A DNA stretch of 64,000 nt, from the IMG/VR virus record IMGVR_UViG_3300032093_000005; one strand, given 5' to 3'. The stretch comes from a virus (lineage: Duplodnaviria > Caudoviricetes). Both the position numbers and the translations under genes were made by a program. Positions 17,999 through 28,647 of this stretch are shown here, one piece after another (the first letter of the stretch is position 1; each line of letters opens with the position of its first letter). The notes under the pieces are model-generated. The model was not told the origin of the DNA. It saw only the letters and a program-made list of their open reading frames with translations, and did not search any database.

Positions 17999-20029
17999 TT
18001 ATGTTGGACAATCTATTGATGTTTGAATACCTACTTTATCTCTAATTGTTTGTTGAGATATTGTACCAAGAATTGGTTTCAAGATAGCACCAAATCCAGT
18101 GTCTGAGTTAACTGTAATTACAGGAATATCAGAAACCTCCAAAATATTTAGAGGTGTTGCCGAAAGTATTCTACCATTATCAACTGTTAAACTATAAGTA
18201 TTTCCAAGATTATCGGTTGCAGTATCATTGTTAGAGTATTCTAATCCAGCAGTTTGTACTATAACATCAGTAACACCATAAGCATCTTGATTTTGCACTA
18301 ATGGATATCCTTCACCAGAAGATAGCATATAAATTGCAGTTACTTCTCCAGCATCATTGATTACTGCTCTACCTTTTGCACCATATCCTAATCCACAACT
18401 ATCACTAAATTCAACAAAGGGTGGAAACCGATATCCAGAACCAGGATTTGTAACTACAGATCCAATAATACTTGCAGTCTGTGTTACATTATTGATTGCA
18501 TTTATGAGTGGATTTCTAGCACCAAGAATGGCAATTGCTGTTGCTCCAGATCCTCCTCCACCAAAAATGTTAATTGTAGGAGAACCACAAGTCGCTGGGA
18601 ATGTTGGAATACACTCACCCAATCCGTTGACAGCATCCTGTAAGATATCGTTTGAGAATACATCTGCAATTCCTGCAACACCTTCAACTGCAGAAGTTAC
18701 ATCTCCAACAACACTACCAATAGTGTTTGCAATATCAAAAATACTATTAAATGATTCTAGAGGATCTATACTACTCTTTGGACCAACTCCAACTACCCAT
18801 TCTTTAGTTCCATCACACTTATTATTGCTTTGATTACAGTCAAAGAGACCACCAGATCCACTAAATAAATCTTTTGCACTTTTAATAAAATCAACAACAC
18901 TAAAAACACCACCCAATAAAGCAGAAATACCATCTAAAGCAGAAGATAATCCATCAGCAATCGCATCGGTAATTGTATTAATAAGAGATCCGATGAATTG
19001 CTCTGCTATACAAGTTACAAATCTTTCAACATTTTCGAGAAGTGATTCAAGTAACTGAATAATCAAATCTTTAAGACCCTCAACAATTGCATTTGCGACA
19101 CAAGAAAGTGCTTCTTCTAGAACTTTAATCGGAATTACAAAAACTTCATTAGACTTATATCCTGCAGTATGTGCTGCTGCTGGACTACCAGTTGCAGCAA
19201 GAACTGACCCATAAACACTAATATACAGTGCTTGTAATGCTTTTGGAATAATTCCTGGATTTTTCTCATCACCAACTAGATACTCATAAATTATATTAAA
19301 AATTTCACCAACTAACCAGTTGACTGCACCTTTAATTACCTCAGCAGTATTTTGAATTGCCTGTTTAAAATCAGAAATTTTTCCTTGGGCATCTTGTATA
19401 TCTTTAAGTAAATTATCAACTTCGGATTTTACTGTTTTAATTGTTGTATCTTCACAAGTATCGGCAAATACAACTTTTTTTCCAATACCACTATAAGCAG
19501 ATATTTCTTTTAATCTTGCTGCTACTTCTGGAGGAACTGCTCTTGGACTTTTTTGAGATTGCTCTGTTGCTTCATTTGATTCATCAGATTCTATTCTACC
19601 AGTTCCTTTTGGACTTTTTACTCTAGATGTGTGTCCAGTAAAAGGAGTAAAAGGATTTTTATATTCGGCAGTTGACCAATCACTTGTATGACCAAGTGTT
19701 CCCATAATAACTGGGATTTGTGCATTATCACCATCCATGAAAAATCCAATGACCATATCGCCAGGTCTTATTTTTGGATTTACTGCATACTTTGCTGCAC
19801 CACTTCCAGTAGTAGTTGGGAACATAACCTGCGCCCATGGAAGATCATCATTTGATAATTCAGAAACGTCTAAAGGATGGTATCCTATAATTCTAACTTT
19901 GTATCTGTATCCCCATCCACCACCATTTGCTTGCTCTTCCCACGATTCTACCGGTGCAATTTGACCTAACCACCAACGAAAACCGTCTCTACCAATAAAA
20001 TGACTTTGAAGTAATGATTGATCTAACAT
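17999..20029 (-). CDS. gp5: baseplate hub protein gp5-like (N-terminal OB domain, no lysozyme domain seen)
   Basis: FRWWLGQI...YKVRIIGYHP...LPWA...GDMVIGFFMDGDNAQIPVIMG. Confidence 0.85.
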   Translation of the reverse strand: MLDQSLLQSHFIGRDGFRWWLGQIAPVESWEEQANGGGWGYRYKVRIIGYHPLDVSELSNDDLPWAQVMFPTTTGSGAAKYAVNPKIRPGDMVIGFFMDGDNAQIPVIMGTLGHTSDWSTAEYKNPFTPFTGHTSRVKSPKGTGRIESDESNEATEQSQKSPRAVPPEVAARLKEISAYSGIGKKVVFADTCEDTTIKTVKSEVDNLLKDIQDAQGKISDFKQAIQNTAEVIKGAVNWLVGEIFNIIYEYLVGDEKNPGIIPKALQALYISVYGSVLAATGSPAAAHTAGYKSNEVFVIPIKVLEEALSCVANAIVEGLKDLIIQLLESLLENVERFVTCIAEQFIGSLINTITDAIADGLSSALDGISALLGGVFSVVDFIKSAKDLFSGSGGLFDCNQSNNKCDGTKEWVVGVGPKSSIDPLESFNSIFDIANTIGSVVGDVTSAVEGVAGIADVFSNDILQDAVNGLGECIPTFPATCGSPTINIFGGGGSGATAIAILGARNPLINAINNVTQTASIIGSVVTNPGSGYRFPPFVEFSDSCGLGYGAKGRAVINDAGEVTAIYMLSSGEGYPLVQNQDAYGVTDVIVQTAGLEYSNNDTATDNLGNTYSLTVDNGRILSATPLNILEVSDIPVITVNSDTGFGAILKPILGTISQQTIRDKVGIQTSIDCPT

Positions 20030-21376
20030 TTACGTTTTTCTTGCCTCTACATTGACTCCAAATGTATCACGAATGAGTTTCATAGATGTATATGAATTCT
20101 CAACATCAAAATGATGACATAGTTCTTTAATCATATATAGACCACTTGTTTCAGGGTCAAATTCTTTTGCATTTGATTGAGTGATTTTTGGAAAGTTGCA
20201 TTCAATGATATCACCAGCTTTTAGATTTGTATTTGACGGTACAACAATATTAACAACCTGAGTAAACAATGTGTTATATCTCATGAGTGATTGTGATTGA
20301 TAATCTATTGGATCTGCATTTAGATTTTTAGATACATCTTTTTCCATTGTTCCAACATCTAAAATTCCAGTGATAATTCTAGTTGGAATATCTCCAAGAG
20401 TTTGACTTGAATTATTATCTAATCTTGGAAGATTAAATGATTTTCTTCCAAGATTACTTGTTTTTCGATCATAATTACTTTGTTTGAATACTTCTTTACC
20501 TGGAGATGTGATTGTTCCATTTAATGGATTAAAGAAAATTCTATAATTTGCATAAGTTCCTAAACGAAGTTTTTCAAGTAAATTTTGATTTTTATCAACA
20601 TAGTAATTCAAAATTTTAAAATCATTATTTACTTTTTTATCATTCTCATCATAAGATGTTTGAGATTCTGTATAAGTATAAGTTGCTTTTGGACTTTGTT
20701 TCATTAGTTCATCAAGAGATCTAAATTGAAACCCATCTTGAGTTTGATAGAAGACAAAACCAGCAGTAGCACTTCCAGAACTTTCAGGAACTGCTTTTGA
20801 TGCTAACCAAACTAAAACTGTAAATGGTTTTCTTAGATTGCCAATGAAACCATATTTGTTAGATGAAGGATTTATTGTTCCTAATTTATTTGTTTTTAAT
20901 GTATCCCTTAAAATTGCCGATACAGAATCACTAATTCTTAAAGAAGTTGGAAATTTTTTAGAAACTCTTACTGTTTCATTCGTGATTGCTTCTCTTGATA
21001 CTAAATGCAAAGTAAATGTTTCTCTGTTTGTTTCAGATATTACATCAGTGATGCTTGAAACATAAAAATAGTCATCTGCTTTCTTAGAAAAATTTAATCC
21101 TGGATTTGTTGCTGAGTTGCCAGCGATATTTAAAGAAACCCTTTCTCCCCCACGAAGAGGAAGACCATTATAAATTGACTGCTTATCCCCACTTTTACCA
21201 TCTGCTGGTGTGATAACATTTCCATTATCAATGACTTTAAGTTTTGCAGTGATTGTTGGTGAAAAAATATCTTCATAATACTCAAATAAAATAGCACCAG
21301 TTATTAGATCAATCGTTCTTGATCCGTCATTTGATTCTAAAATAAGTTCATTGTATAAGGACTTTTTAATTGACAT
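20030..21376 (-). CDS. baseplate hub / tail protein (gp27-like position)
   Basis: YYEDIFSPTITA, FVFYQTQDGFQF, L.AGDII, SGLYMIKELCH.F typical of contractile-tail hub proteins. Confidence 0.7.
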   Translation of the reverse strand: MSIKKSLYNELILESNDGSRTIDLITGAILFEYYEDIFSPTITAKLKVIDNGNVITPADGKSGDKQSIYNGLPLRGGERVSLNIAGNSATNPGLNFSKKADDYFYVSSITDVISETNRETFTLHLVSREAITNETVRVSKKFPTSLRISDSVSAILRDTLKTNKLGTINPSSNKYGFIGNLRKPFTVLVWLASKAVPESSGSATAGFVFYQTQDGFQFRSLDELMKQSPKATYTYTESQTSYDENDKKVNNDFKILNYYVDKNQNLLEKLRLGTYANYRIFFNPLNGTITSPGKEVFKQSNYDRKTSNLGRKSFNLPRLDNNSSQTLGDIPTRIITGILDVGTMEKDVSKNLNADPIDYQSQSLMRYNTLFTQVVNIVVPSNTNLKAGDIIECNFPKITQSNAKEFDPETSGLYMIKELCHHFDVENSYTSMKLIRDTFGVNVEARKT

Positions 21377-23304
21377 TATAGATACGCCAGATCGAGCAAG
21401 AGTTTGTTCTTAATAAAATTATTTAACAGTTTAAATTCGGTGATTGTTGGAGTAACTGTAGGTTGTTGAGATGGGTATGATACTTGTGGTGCTTGTGCCT
21501 GTGGTTGTGTATCATCAATGAATATTATTTGTGATCCTTTTCTTTCGGGAGTCATTGCCGCTGGTTGTCCCATTCGTGAAGATGGGAAAGAAATTTGTGC
21601 GGGTGGAGTACTAGGTTGTGATGTTATTGCTCCAGGTTTAGCATATTTTAAAGGGTGTCTTTTTAACCAGGATCCTGGATCTTCAAAAGAAGTAAACTGC
21701 CCATTACTTTGTGGAGGATTATTTGAGATTTCCCAGTGTAAATGTGGTCCAGTTGATTCACCTGTGCTTCCAACATAACCCATCAAAGTTCCCTGATTAA
21801 TAACTTGTCCAACACTTACAGAAGGACGATTTCTCATATGACCAAAGAAATGATATGCACCATACATATCATCTTGCCAAACAACCCAGTTTCCGTAACC
21901 AGCAGAAGATGCAGTTCCATCTATACCAATATGAGTTACTTTTCCAGGAAAATATGCATATAAAGGAGTTCCACTAGCAGCAGCAATATCATATCCTTTA
22001 TGTTGTTTTCCCCATCTCATTCCTTTTCCTGAGGTTATTGTTGCTCCAGAACCAGGTTTAAATGGACTATATGGAACACTTAAAGGTTTATTACCCATTG
22101 ATGCACCACTTGTTCCAGTTACAGGTGTAAAACTTGTTGCTAAAGGAGTTTGTGGAGTAACCGATGGTTTTTGTGGTTGTCCTGATGAAGGTTTAAAGTT
22201 TTTAATAAATTGATTGTGTTTTCTTCTCCGTTCAGCATAAACTCCTTTAGATGGATTCTCCCATTGTATCATCCAGTCATCTGCCGCCTCTTCTGGAGTA
22301 TTAAACTGTTTTCTTAAATATAATGGAGTATTTGGATCATTCTTTATTGCAAAATCAACTTGTCCTTTCCAATTAGTTTTATAATCAGGAACTGCTTTTA
22401 AAAATGCGTTTTTTCTTGACGGAAAAGAATATTGAAATAATCCAACACCAGATTTTGTCCCACCTTTTTCAGTAACTCCAATTTGAAATCCACTTTCTCC
22501 TTGTATATTTGCCAAAATACCAAGTGCATGAATATGGGGCACTCCCAACTGTCTTAAATATGAATAAACTGCCTGAGGACTTACTGTTCCACTACTAGCA
22601 GTATCTTCTTCAGGAAACATAGTATCAGGTCTTTCTTCATCAAGAGCAGGTGCTTGTTCTCCGGTTTCTACAGATTCATTAAGTGGTGTGGTAAAAAGTC
22701 TGAATGTTTCTGTAATTTCATCACCTAAACCTTGAACTGCAAGATTAAGTTCATCAAAAGATTGTGCAACACTTCCCTCACTAAACGAATTAAAATCAAG
22801 TGTAATAATTGCATTGAATGAATTCTCTAAAACAGATCCAAATGATTTGATAATATTTTGCATATTACCGACCATATTATACATCGTTCTACCAAATATC
22901 TGAATTCTAGTTACAAACTCTTGACCCATAAAAATCCAAGTCGGTAGATTTTCTACAATCCATCCAGCAGTTATAAATCCTAAAAATCCAACCAATCTCC
23001 CTAAAGGTCCCTTATCACTTCTCCCTGCAAAGGCAAGTCCTCTTGAAGGAGATGTTGATACTCTAGAAGATTCTAACTGATCCTCAATTTCTTGTCTTTT
23101 TGCTGCTTCTCTTCTTCTAGATTCAATAAGTTGAGTATTTGCAAATAATTCTCTTTTAACTCTAGTATTTGTCGCAATAATTTTAGAGATATTACTAACA
23201 GAATCATTAACAGAAGAAACACTTCTCTTTGTTTCAAACAAAGATTTAGAAATATTGGTAATATTAATTGATGATGTTCTAAGTGAATCTGATATTGATG
23301 CCAT
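21376..23304 (-). CDS. tail/baseplate hub protein with phage-tail-lysozyme-like and M23 peptidase domains
   Basis: ALGILANIQGESGF...GLFQY (tail lysozyme family); HKGYDIA...GTPLYA...YGNWV...VGSTGESTGPHLHWE (M23 HxxxD/HxH). Confidence 0.85.
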   Translation of the reverse strand: MASISDSLRTSSINITNISKSLFETKRSVSSVNDSVSNISKIIATNTRVKRELFANTQLIESRRREAAKRQEIEDQLESSRVSTSPSRGLAFAGRSDKGPLGRLVGFLGFITAGWIVENLPTWIFMGQEFVTRIQIFGRTMYNMVGNMQNIIKSFGSVLENSFNAIITLDFNSFSEGSVAQSFDELNLAVQGLGDEITETFRLFTTPLNESVETGEQAPALDEERPDTMFPEEDTASSGTVSPQAVYSYLRQLGVPHIHALGILANIQGESGFQIGVTEKGGTKSGVGLFQYSFPSRKNAFLKAVPDYKTNWKGQVDFAIKNDPNTPLYLRKQFNTPEEAADDWMIQWENPSKGVYAERRRKHNQFIKNFKPSSGQPQKPSVTPQTPLATSFTPVTGTSGASMGNKPLSVPYSPFKPGSGATITSGKGMRWGKQHKGYDIAAASGTPLYAYFPGKVTHIGIDGTASSAGYGNWVVWQDDMYGAYHFFGHMRNRPSVSVGQVINQGTLMGYVGSTGESTGPHLHWEISNNPPQSNGQFTSFEDPGSWLKRHPLKYAKPGAITSQPSTPPAQISFPSSRMGQPAAMTPERKGSQIIFIDDTQPQAQAPQVSYPSQQPTVTPTITEFKLLNNFIKNKLLLDLAYL

Positions 23305-23305
23305 C

Positions 23306-24922
23306 TTATGTTACCACATTATAATTTAACTGAGAATATAAAACATAAAAATTATCAGGATTTGCAGAGTTAATCAAAGGAACATCAGATAATGCTCCAC
23401 TTGTCAATGGAACATTTGCTTGTTGATTAGCATTATTTGATGATTTAATCATTGTTATTGATGGTTGTGGTTCTGGCAACTGACCAACCTGTGTTGGTGG
23501 TTTTGCAGGTGGTGTAACTTCTGCTGGAGATGCTACAACAGCATCTGGCAATCTCATTTCGGACCAATTGTATCCTTTAGATGCTGCCCAAGATTTTGCT
23601 TGTTGCTTTTCTTCTGGAGTCATTTTACTCCATGCATCTTCAATTCTCCCTCTTGCAAAGGGATTATTTCTATATTGCCATGCCTGTTCAAATTTTGAAA
23701 CCATTTCTGGACTTGGAGCAGATGGCATCATGGTAGTTTGTGGTTGCACTGCAGCAGGAGCAGGTGCTGGTGCGGCCGCAGGTGCAGGTTCTGCTGCTGG
23801 TTTTGGAGATTCTTTTGGTTTTTCTTCTGCTGCTGGTTTTAGAGATTCTTTAGGTTTTTCTTCTGTTAAAATTCTAGTATTTGTTTCAGTTTTTCCAAAA
23901 AACTTATCATAAATTTCTTTTCCAAACTTTTGACCTGGACCATATGCAAGAGCACCAGAAATAAGTCCTGTTCCTGGAATAGGTATTAAAGATCCTAAAC
24001 CAAAAGCGGCAGCAGAAGTAATCATACCGCTCGTGGCACCTGCAACTGCTCTGGCAGGATTTTCTCCTCCAGCAATGTCAAGTCCTGTCATCAATGCACC
24101 AATTGCAATATTACTTCTTACATTAAGACCACTACCAGGTTTTGGTCCAGCAGGTTTTGGTCCAGCAGGCTTTGGACCGCCAATACGAGGGAGTAATGCT
24201 GCTGCAATTGCTAAAGGTTTTGCAATTAATAATCTTGTTAATCCAAAAGCAATTCTACCAATTGTATTTTTAACAATCGAAAATCCTGCACGAATTGCTA
24301 GTAAACCACCACCAATGATTGCAAGATTTTTAATAATATTAAATTTAATATTATTAAAGAGACTTGTATTCTTATCTTCAGATGCTTGTATTGCTTGGAC
24401 AACTTGATTTGTTAACCAACCACCAAATAAAATTCCAAGTGCAGCACCAATTCTACCAAAGACATCATCTACCTTTGGAGTTAATTTCTGAACTGGAGTA
24501 ACAAGAGCATTTTGTATCTTTTGCTCTAATTCATTCTCTTTACCAATTCTAACTTGTTGTTCTGCTAATCTTCTTTCTTTCTCTTGTTCTGCTCTTGTTC
24601 TAGATATTTCTTCAGCATTATCTTGTTGGAGAAGTGTTGCAATGCTTGCAAGACCTGTTCCTAACTTACCAATATCAGATCTTAATGCTTGAATATTAGA
24701 ATTAAATCCTAAGAGTGCTTGCTCTTGAGACTGAATCACTCTAACATTCTGGTTATCAATTTCTCTTTTTCTATTTTCAGATTCTATTAATTGATTTCTG
24801 AAAACAGATTGATCAATTATTGATTTCTTTAAAAGTGCATTTCTAACTTCTTGAGACAGAGGAGATCCCGTGCCTGGATCTATTCCAGATCTACCAACTT
24901 TTTCGGGATCTAACTCAGCCAT
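23306..24922 (-). CDS. gp29-like hub/tape-measure-type protein
   Basis: Coiled-coil N-terminus, Gly/Ala-rich hydrophobic middle, Pro/Ala/Lys low-complexity repeats; position next to gp51/gp26. Confidence 0.6.
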   Translation of the reverse strand: MAELDPEKVGRSGIDPGTGSPLSQEVRNALLKKSIIDQSVFRNQLIESENRKREIDNQNVRVIQSQEQALLGFNSNIQALRSDIGKLGTGLASIATLLQQDNAEEISRTRAEQEKERRLAEQQVRIGKENELEQKIQNALVTPVQKLTPKVDDVFGRIGAALGILFGGWLTNQVVQAIQASEDKNTSLFNNIKFNIIKNLAIIGGGLLAIRAGFSIVKNTIGRIAFGLTRLLIAKPLAIAAALLPRIGGPKPAGPKPAGPKPGSGLNVRSNIAIGALMTGLDIAGGENPARAVAGATSGMITSAAAFGLGSLIPIPGTGLISGALAYGPGQKFGKEIYDKFFGKTETNTRILTEEKPKESLKPAAEEKPKESPKPAAEPAPAAAPAPAPAAVQPQTTMMPSAPSPEMVSKFEQAWQYRNNPFARGRIEDAWSKMTPEEKQQAKSWAASKGYNWSEMRLPDAVVASPAEVTPPAKPPTQVGQLPEPQPSITMIKSSNNANQQANVPLTSGALSDVPLINSANPDNFYVLYSQLNYNVVT

Positions 24923-25088
24923 TTGTGTTGTTCTTTAAGTTTTCTTCTTCAATATATTGTTTGAGAAGAGCAATATAAACTTCCCTTTCCCAAGGTATAA
25001 GATTTTCTATTTCTGTCAATGAATATTTATGGTGTTGAACAAGAGAAAAGTTAGTTTTATAATATGACTCAAGATTTTCATGAGCCAT
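24915..25088 (-). CDS. gp51: baseplate hub assembly catalyst gp51-like (57 aa), not in ORF track
   Basis: Manual translation MAHENLESYYKTNFSLVQHHKYSLTEIENLIPWEREVYIALLKQYIEEEN. Confidence 0.85.
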   Translation of the reverse strand: MAHENLESYYKTNFSLVQHHKYSLTEIENLIPWEREVYIALLKQYIEEENLKNNTNG

Positions 25089-25090
25089 TC

Positions 25091-25810
25091 CTAAGCGAAA
25101 AAACTTGATAACCCTTCCAGTAATACTTCACTCTCAACTCCAGTATTTGGATTCTTGACTTTAAGTGTATGAGAAAGTTTAGGCATCGTTGCAAAAAACT
25201 TTTCAACTTCTTTGAATTGCTTTGAACTTAACTGATCAATAAATTCAGAAAGTTCTTTTGCTGTGCAATCAGATGCTGACCAAGATTCTTCTTCATTATA
25301 AACTTGTTCCACACAAGACATAATCAAATCAAAAGTATCATCAACACTCATGTTAAAGTCATTTCCAAAGTTTGTTTTGATAAACTCTTTCATTGATGGA
25401 TACTTCATTCTAAGAGTTAGATTAGAATCTAATTTAATATCTCTAGAATGTTCTTCATTTACACTAATTTTAATATCATCAAGATTAATGCTGATTGGAA
25501 CTTGTGTTTGACCATCATCAGGACAAGTAATTAAAACATCAACATTTTCACCAACAGACTTTCCACGAATATTAAGAAACAAATATTCAATATCAAAGGT
25601 TGCAAGTTGATCAACCTTAATTCCTTTTGTTAAAATACAATTGCTAATGACATTTTTAACAGCATCAGCAATTTGTTTTGAGTCTTCACTCTCCATTGCA
25701 ATAATCAAGATCTTTTCTTCTTTTACAAGAAAAGGGCGATATTTGATTTCTTTTTTAAGAGATGGAATTTCTAAACTATAAGACGGAGTTACAACAGTGG
25801 GTAATGGCAT
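25091..25810 (-). CDS. gp26: baseplate hub subunit gp26-like
   Basis: MPLP...YRPFLVKEEKILIIAMES...LATFDIEYLFLNIRGKSVGE...CPDD. Confidence 0.9.
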   Translation of the reverse strand: MPLPTVVTPSYSLEIPSLKKEIKYRPFLVKEEKILIIAMESEDSKQIADAVKNVISNCILTKGIKVDQLATFDIEYLFLNIRGKSVGENVDVLITCPDDGQTQVPISINLDDIKISVNEEHSRDIKLDSNLTLRMKYPSMKEFIKTNFGNDFNMSVDDTFDLIMSCVEQVYNEEESWSASDCTAKELSEFIDQLSSKQFKEVEKFFATMPKLSHTLKVKNPNTGVESEVLLEGLSSFFA

Positions 25811-25837
25811 ATTCACCTACAAATCAGATAAAATTAT

Positions 25838-26656
25838 TTATCTATACTTTTGCAGATCCGTCCCGTAAAGAGACTCATATAAAGTTTGACCAGCAGGTAA
25901 CAATTCTACACCATTTGAAGGAATAGATCCAGGAGATCTTGGAACTAATCTTGGTTTTGGATCTCTTTGTGGTTGTTGTGGAGGTTGCCCGACTTCGTTA
26001 TTATTATCAATATTCTCAAAAATATCTTTACTATAAGATTTACCAACTACATAACGCTCAATTTTAAATGTTGCTTGCATAGACATCACGTTTGATTGTG
26101 AGTATGAAACTGGAATTGATGCAATATTATAAGGATACAAACCGATAAAAGTATATTCCAATTCTCTCTTATAATCACGATCAAATTTAATAATACGAGT
26201 GCGATTTGATTTGTAATATTCCGGATACTGCATTCTAGTAAAATATCCTTGATCAACATTATTATTGATTGGATTTAATTGACTATCAATTGGATTAGTA
26301 GATCCACTTGCGATGAATTCCATCCAATGTTCAAGAAACTTCAAGGTTTTATAATTTTTATCGACATAAAATTCTAGACTAATATCTTGATAGACTCTAC
26401 GATGAGCAAAATTTTCTGTGATTCCAATATAGTTTCCAGAAACTTCTGCTACTGAAAGTTGTGTTGTTGGAAGAGCAGCATTATTACATAAAAGTCCAAC
26501 ATCTTCTGCAATGAATCGACGATCAATTCCTTTTCTACTTAGATAAGATAATAATTGTGGAGGAAGACCACCAAACTTTACTTCATAATGAGAAGTTTGA
26601 GCAAGGTTAGTGAATAATGGTTTTATATCCGATATTCTACGGGGTCTAACTGCCAC
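25838..26656 (-). CDS. tail tube-family protein (gp19/gp54-like)
   Basis: LCNNAALP...FYVDKNY..LKFLEHWM...YPEYY...YTFIGLYPYNI; GTG start. Confidence 0.75.
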   Translation of the reverse strand: MAVRPRRISDIKPLFTNLAQTSHYEVKFGGLPPQLLSYLSRKGIDRRFIAEDVGLLCNNAALPTTQLSVAEVSGNYIGITENFAHRRVYQDISLEFYVDKNYKTLKFLEHWMEFIASGSTNPIDSQLNPINNNVDQGYFTRMQYPEYYKSNRTRIIKFDRDYKRELEYTFIGLYPYNIASIPVSYSQSNVMSMQATFKIERYVVGKSYSKDIFENIDNNNEVGQPPQQPQRDPKPRLVPRSPGSIPSNGVELLPAGQTLYESLYGTDLQKYR

Positions 26657-26657
26657 T

Positions 26658-26696
26658 CTAAATACCTTATATGAGTCTTATAGTATAAGTATTTAG
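26658..26696. promoter_or_regulatory. divergent late-promoter-like CTAAATA motifs
   Basis: CTAAATA at 26658-26664 (+) and 26696-26690 (-) in the 40-nt gap between divergent structural genes. Confidence 0.5.
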
Positions 26697-27134
26697 ATGT
26701 CATACAAAGGAAAATATAAACCATCATTTCCAGATAAGTATCGTGGAGATGTTACAAATATCATATATCGTTCTTTATGGGAAAGAAAATTTTGCACTTA
26801 TTGCGATCTAAATGAAAATATAATTGAATGGCAATCTGAAGAAAAAGCGATTCCCTACCGTTCTCCAGTGGACGGGAAGATACATCGTTACTTTCCAGAT
26901 TTTCTTATTAAAGTCAAAGAATCGAATGGGTCAATCAAAAAATATATGATTGAGATTAAACCATCAAAGCAAACGGTTCCTCCTATCAAACCTCAAAGAC
27001 AAACGAAGAGATATATCAGTGAGGTTTATGAGTATGCTAAAAATCAATCAAAGTGGGAAGCAGCAAAAGAATGGTGTGCTGATCGTGGATATGAGTTCAA
27101 AATCATCACAGAACACGAACTAGGTATCAAGTAA
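26697..27134 (+). CDS. gp4: head completion protein gp4-like (TnsA-like nuclease fold)
   Basis: YKGKYKP..P.KY.GD..NIIYRSLWER...W.SEE..IPY.SP.D..HRYFPDF...EIKP. Confidence 0.92.
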   Translation: MSYKGKYKPSFPDKYRGDVTNIIYRSLWERKFCTYCDLNENIIEWQSEEKAIPYRSPVDGKIHRYFPDFLIKVKESNGSIKKYMIEIKPSKQTVPPIKPQRQTKRYISEVYEYAKNQSKWEAAKEWCADRGYEFKIITEHELGIK

Positions 27135-27730
27135 TGGCACTCACAGGATACGAAAAACCATTAGATCAATATAACCAAAAAGAATTAGTAGAAATTGCTA
27201 AAGAATATAATCCTTATTATCAGACAGCAAGTGGAAAGGGAAAACTTGCAGGATATGAAAGATTAACTAAGCAACAACTGATTAATATTATTAAAGTTGA
27301 TATTGATTATATTGAAGCAAATCCAAAACTTCCTAGAAGAGTTAAAGGTCCCACTTATAGTAAAAGTAAATCAAAAAGTCTTACTGAGTTAAAAGAATCT
27401 TTATTAGGAGTAGAAACCCCCGATGAGCTCATGAATGAAATATTATCCAGACTTAGTGGAAGTGAAACACCTCTTCCACCTGCTCCTGGAAGATATTATA
27501 CTTATGTTTATTATGCTAAAACTCCAAGAATTCTTTATGATCGATACCCATTAATTATTGTTGATAGTTTATTACCAAAAGGATTTAGAGGTTTTAATTT
27601 TCATCTTGGAAAATATAGACAATACAATACTCAAGATGGAGATCGATTAGTTAGCGGATTATATGAATTGAGCAGAGATGAATTTTCAATTTTACTAAGA
27701 ATTCCCTACGGAAAAATAATTCAAAACTAA
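27134..27730 (+). CDS. DNA end protector gp2-like
   Basis: PGRYYTYVYYAKTP..LYDRYPLI...GFRGFNFH in the C-terminal half; follows gp4. Confidence 0.6.
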   Translation: MALTGYEKPLDQYNQKELVEIAKEYNPYYQTASGKGKLAGYERLTKQQLINIIKVDIDYIEANPKLPRRVKGPTYSKSKSKSLTELKESLLGVETPDELMNEILSRLSGSETPLPPAPGRYYTYVYYAKTPRILYDRYPLIIVDSLLPKGFRGFNFHLGKYRQYNTQDGDRLVSGLYELSRDEFSILLRIPYGKIIQN

Positions 27731-27753
27731 CAATAAATAGTTAGAAAAAATAA

Positions 27754-28647
27754 ATGGCAGATTACTTCCGATATCCGATTAAAAATATTGGAAATCAAGA
27801 CGACTATTTTAAGATTCAGGTGATTGAATATAAAGCACCTGGTCTTAATTTAACGGGTGGTTTTGCATTAAGAACAACAGAAGAAGCATTAAATCAATCT
27901 GGAAATATCAAAAATTCTCTGGCAACAATTATACTTCCAATGCCAGCAAATATTCAAGACAATAATGCTGCAGATTGGACATCTGGAACTATGAATCCAG
28001 TTCAAGCAACTCTTGCTGCAGGTGGAAATAGTGCTATATTAAGTTCCAATCTTGTAGGATCGGTTGGGGAATCAATTACAAAAGCATTTGGAAATATTAC
28101 TGAAGCCATAAAATCTGGAGAAGGTCAAAAAGCAACTGCAGCAGGTGCAGCAGGTGCAGCAATGGCGGCAGCATTAGGTCAAGGAGATATTAATTCAATT
28201 ATTTCCAGAGCAACTGGACAAATTTTTAATCAAAACGTTGAACTACTATTTAATGGTGTAACTCTTCGCCCAGCATATCAATTTTCTTTTGATATGGTCC
28301 CAAGATCTCAAAAAGAGTCTGAAATGATTAAAAATATTATTAGAATATTCAAAAAGAATATGACTCCTCGAAAAGGGACACCAGACCAAAATGGTGGTGG
28401 TTTATTTGTTAAAGCACCAAATGTATTTAAGTTAGAATATATGAGTGGTGGAAAGCAGCATCCATTCTTACATCGTTTTAAACCATGTGCTTTAACACAA
28501 ATAAGTATTAATTATAATGGTTCTTCACAATATGCAACATATGCTGATGCAACTCCTGTTCATATGCAAATGACGTTACAATTCCAAGAACTGTCTCCAA
28601 TTTACAATGAAGATTACAAAGAAACCGATATTGGAGTTGGTTACTAA
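27754..28647 (+). CDS. gp48: baseplate tail tube cap gp48-like
   Basis: I.LPMP.NIQD.N...W, N.N.ELLF.G..LR...F.F...PRS..E, P.L.RFKPCAL....NY, P....MTLQFQEL.PI. Confidence 0.88.
   Translation: MADYFRYPIKNIGNQDDYFKIQVIEYKAPGLNLTGGFALRTTEEALNQSGNIKNSLATIILPMPANIQDNNAADWTSGTMNPVQATLAAGGNSAILSSNLVGSVGESITKAFGNITEAIKSGEGQKATAAGAAGAAMAAALGQGDINSIISRATGQIFNQNVELLFNGVTLRPAYQFSFDMVPRSQKESEMIKNIIRIFKKNMTPRKGTPDQNGGGLFVKAPNVFKLEYMSGGKQHPFLHRFKPCALTQISINYNGSSQYATYADATPVHMQMTLQFQELSPIYNEDYKETDIGVGY

Noticed and set aside
23780-24180. Short DNA repeats encoding PKPAG x3 and EEKPKES x2
   Set aside because: Ordinary low-complexity linker expansion in a hub/tape-measure-like protein
26697-27134. TnsA-like fold suggesting a transposon
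   Set aside because: Sequence and position match T4 gp4 head completion protein; no transposase or terminal repeats
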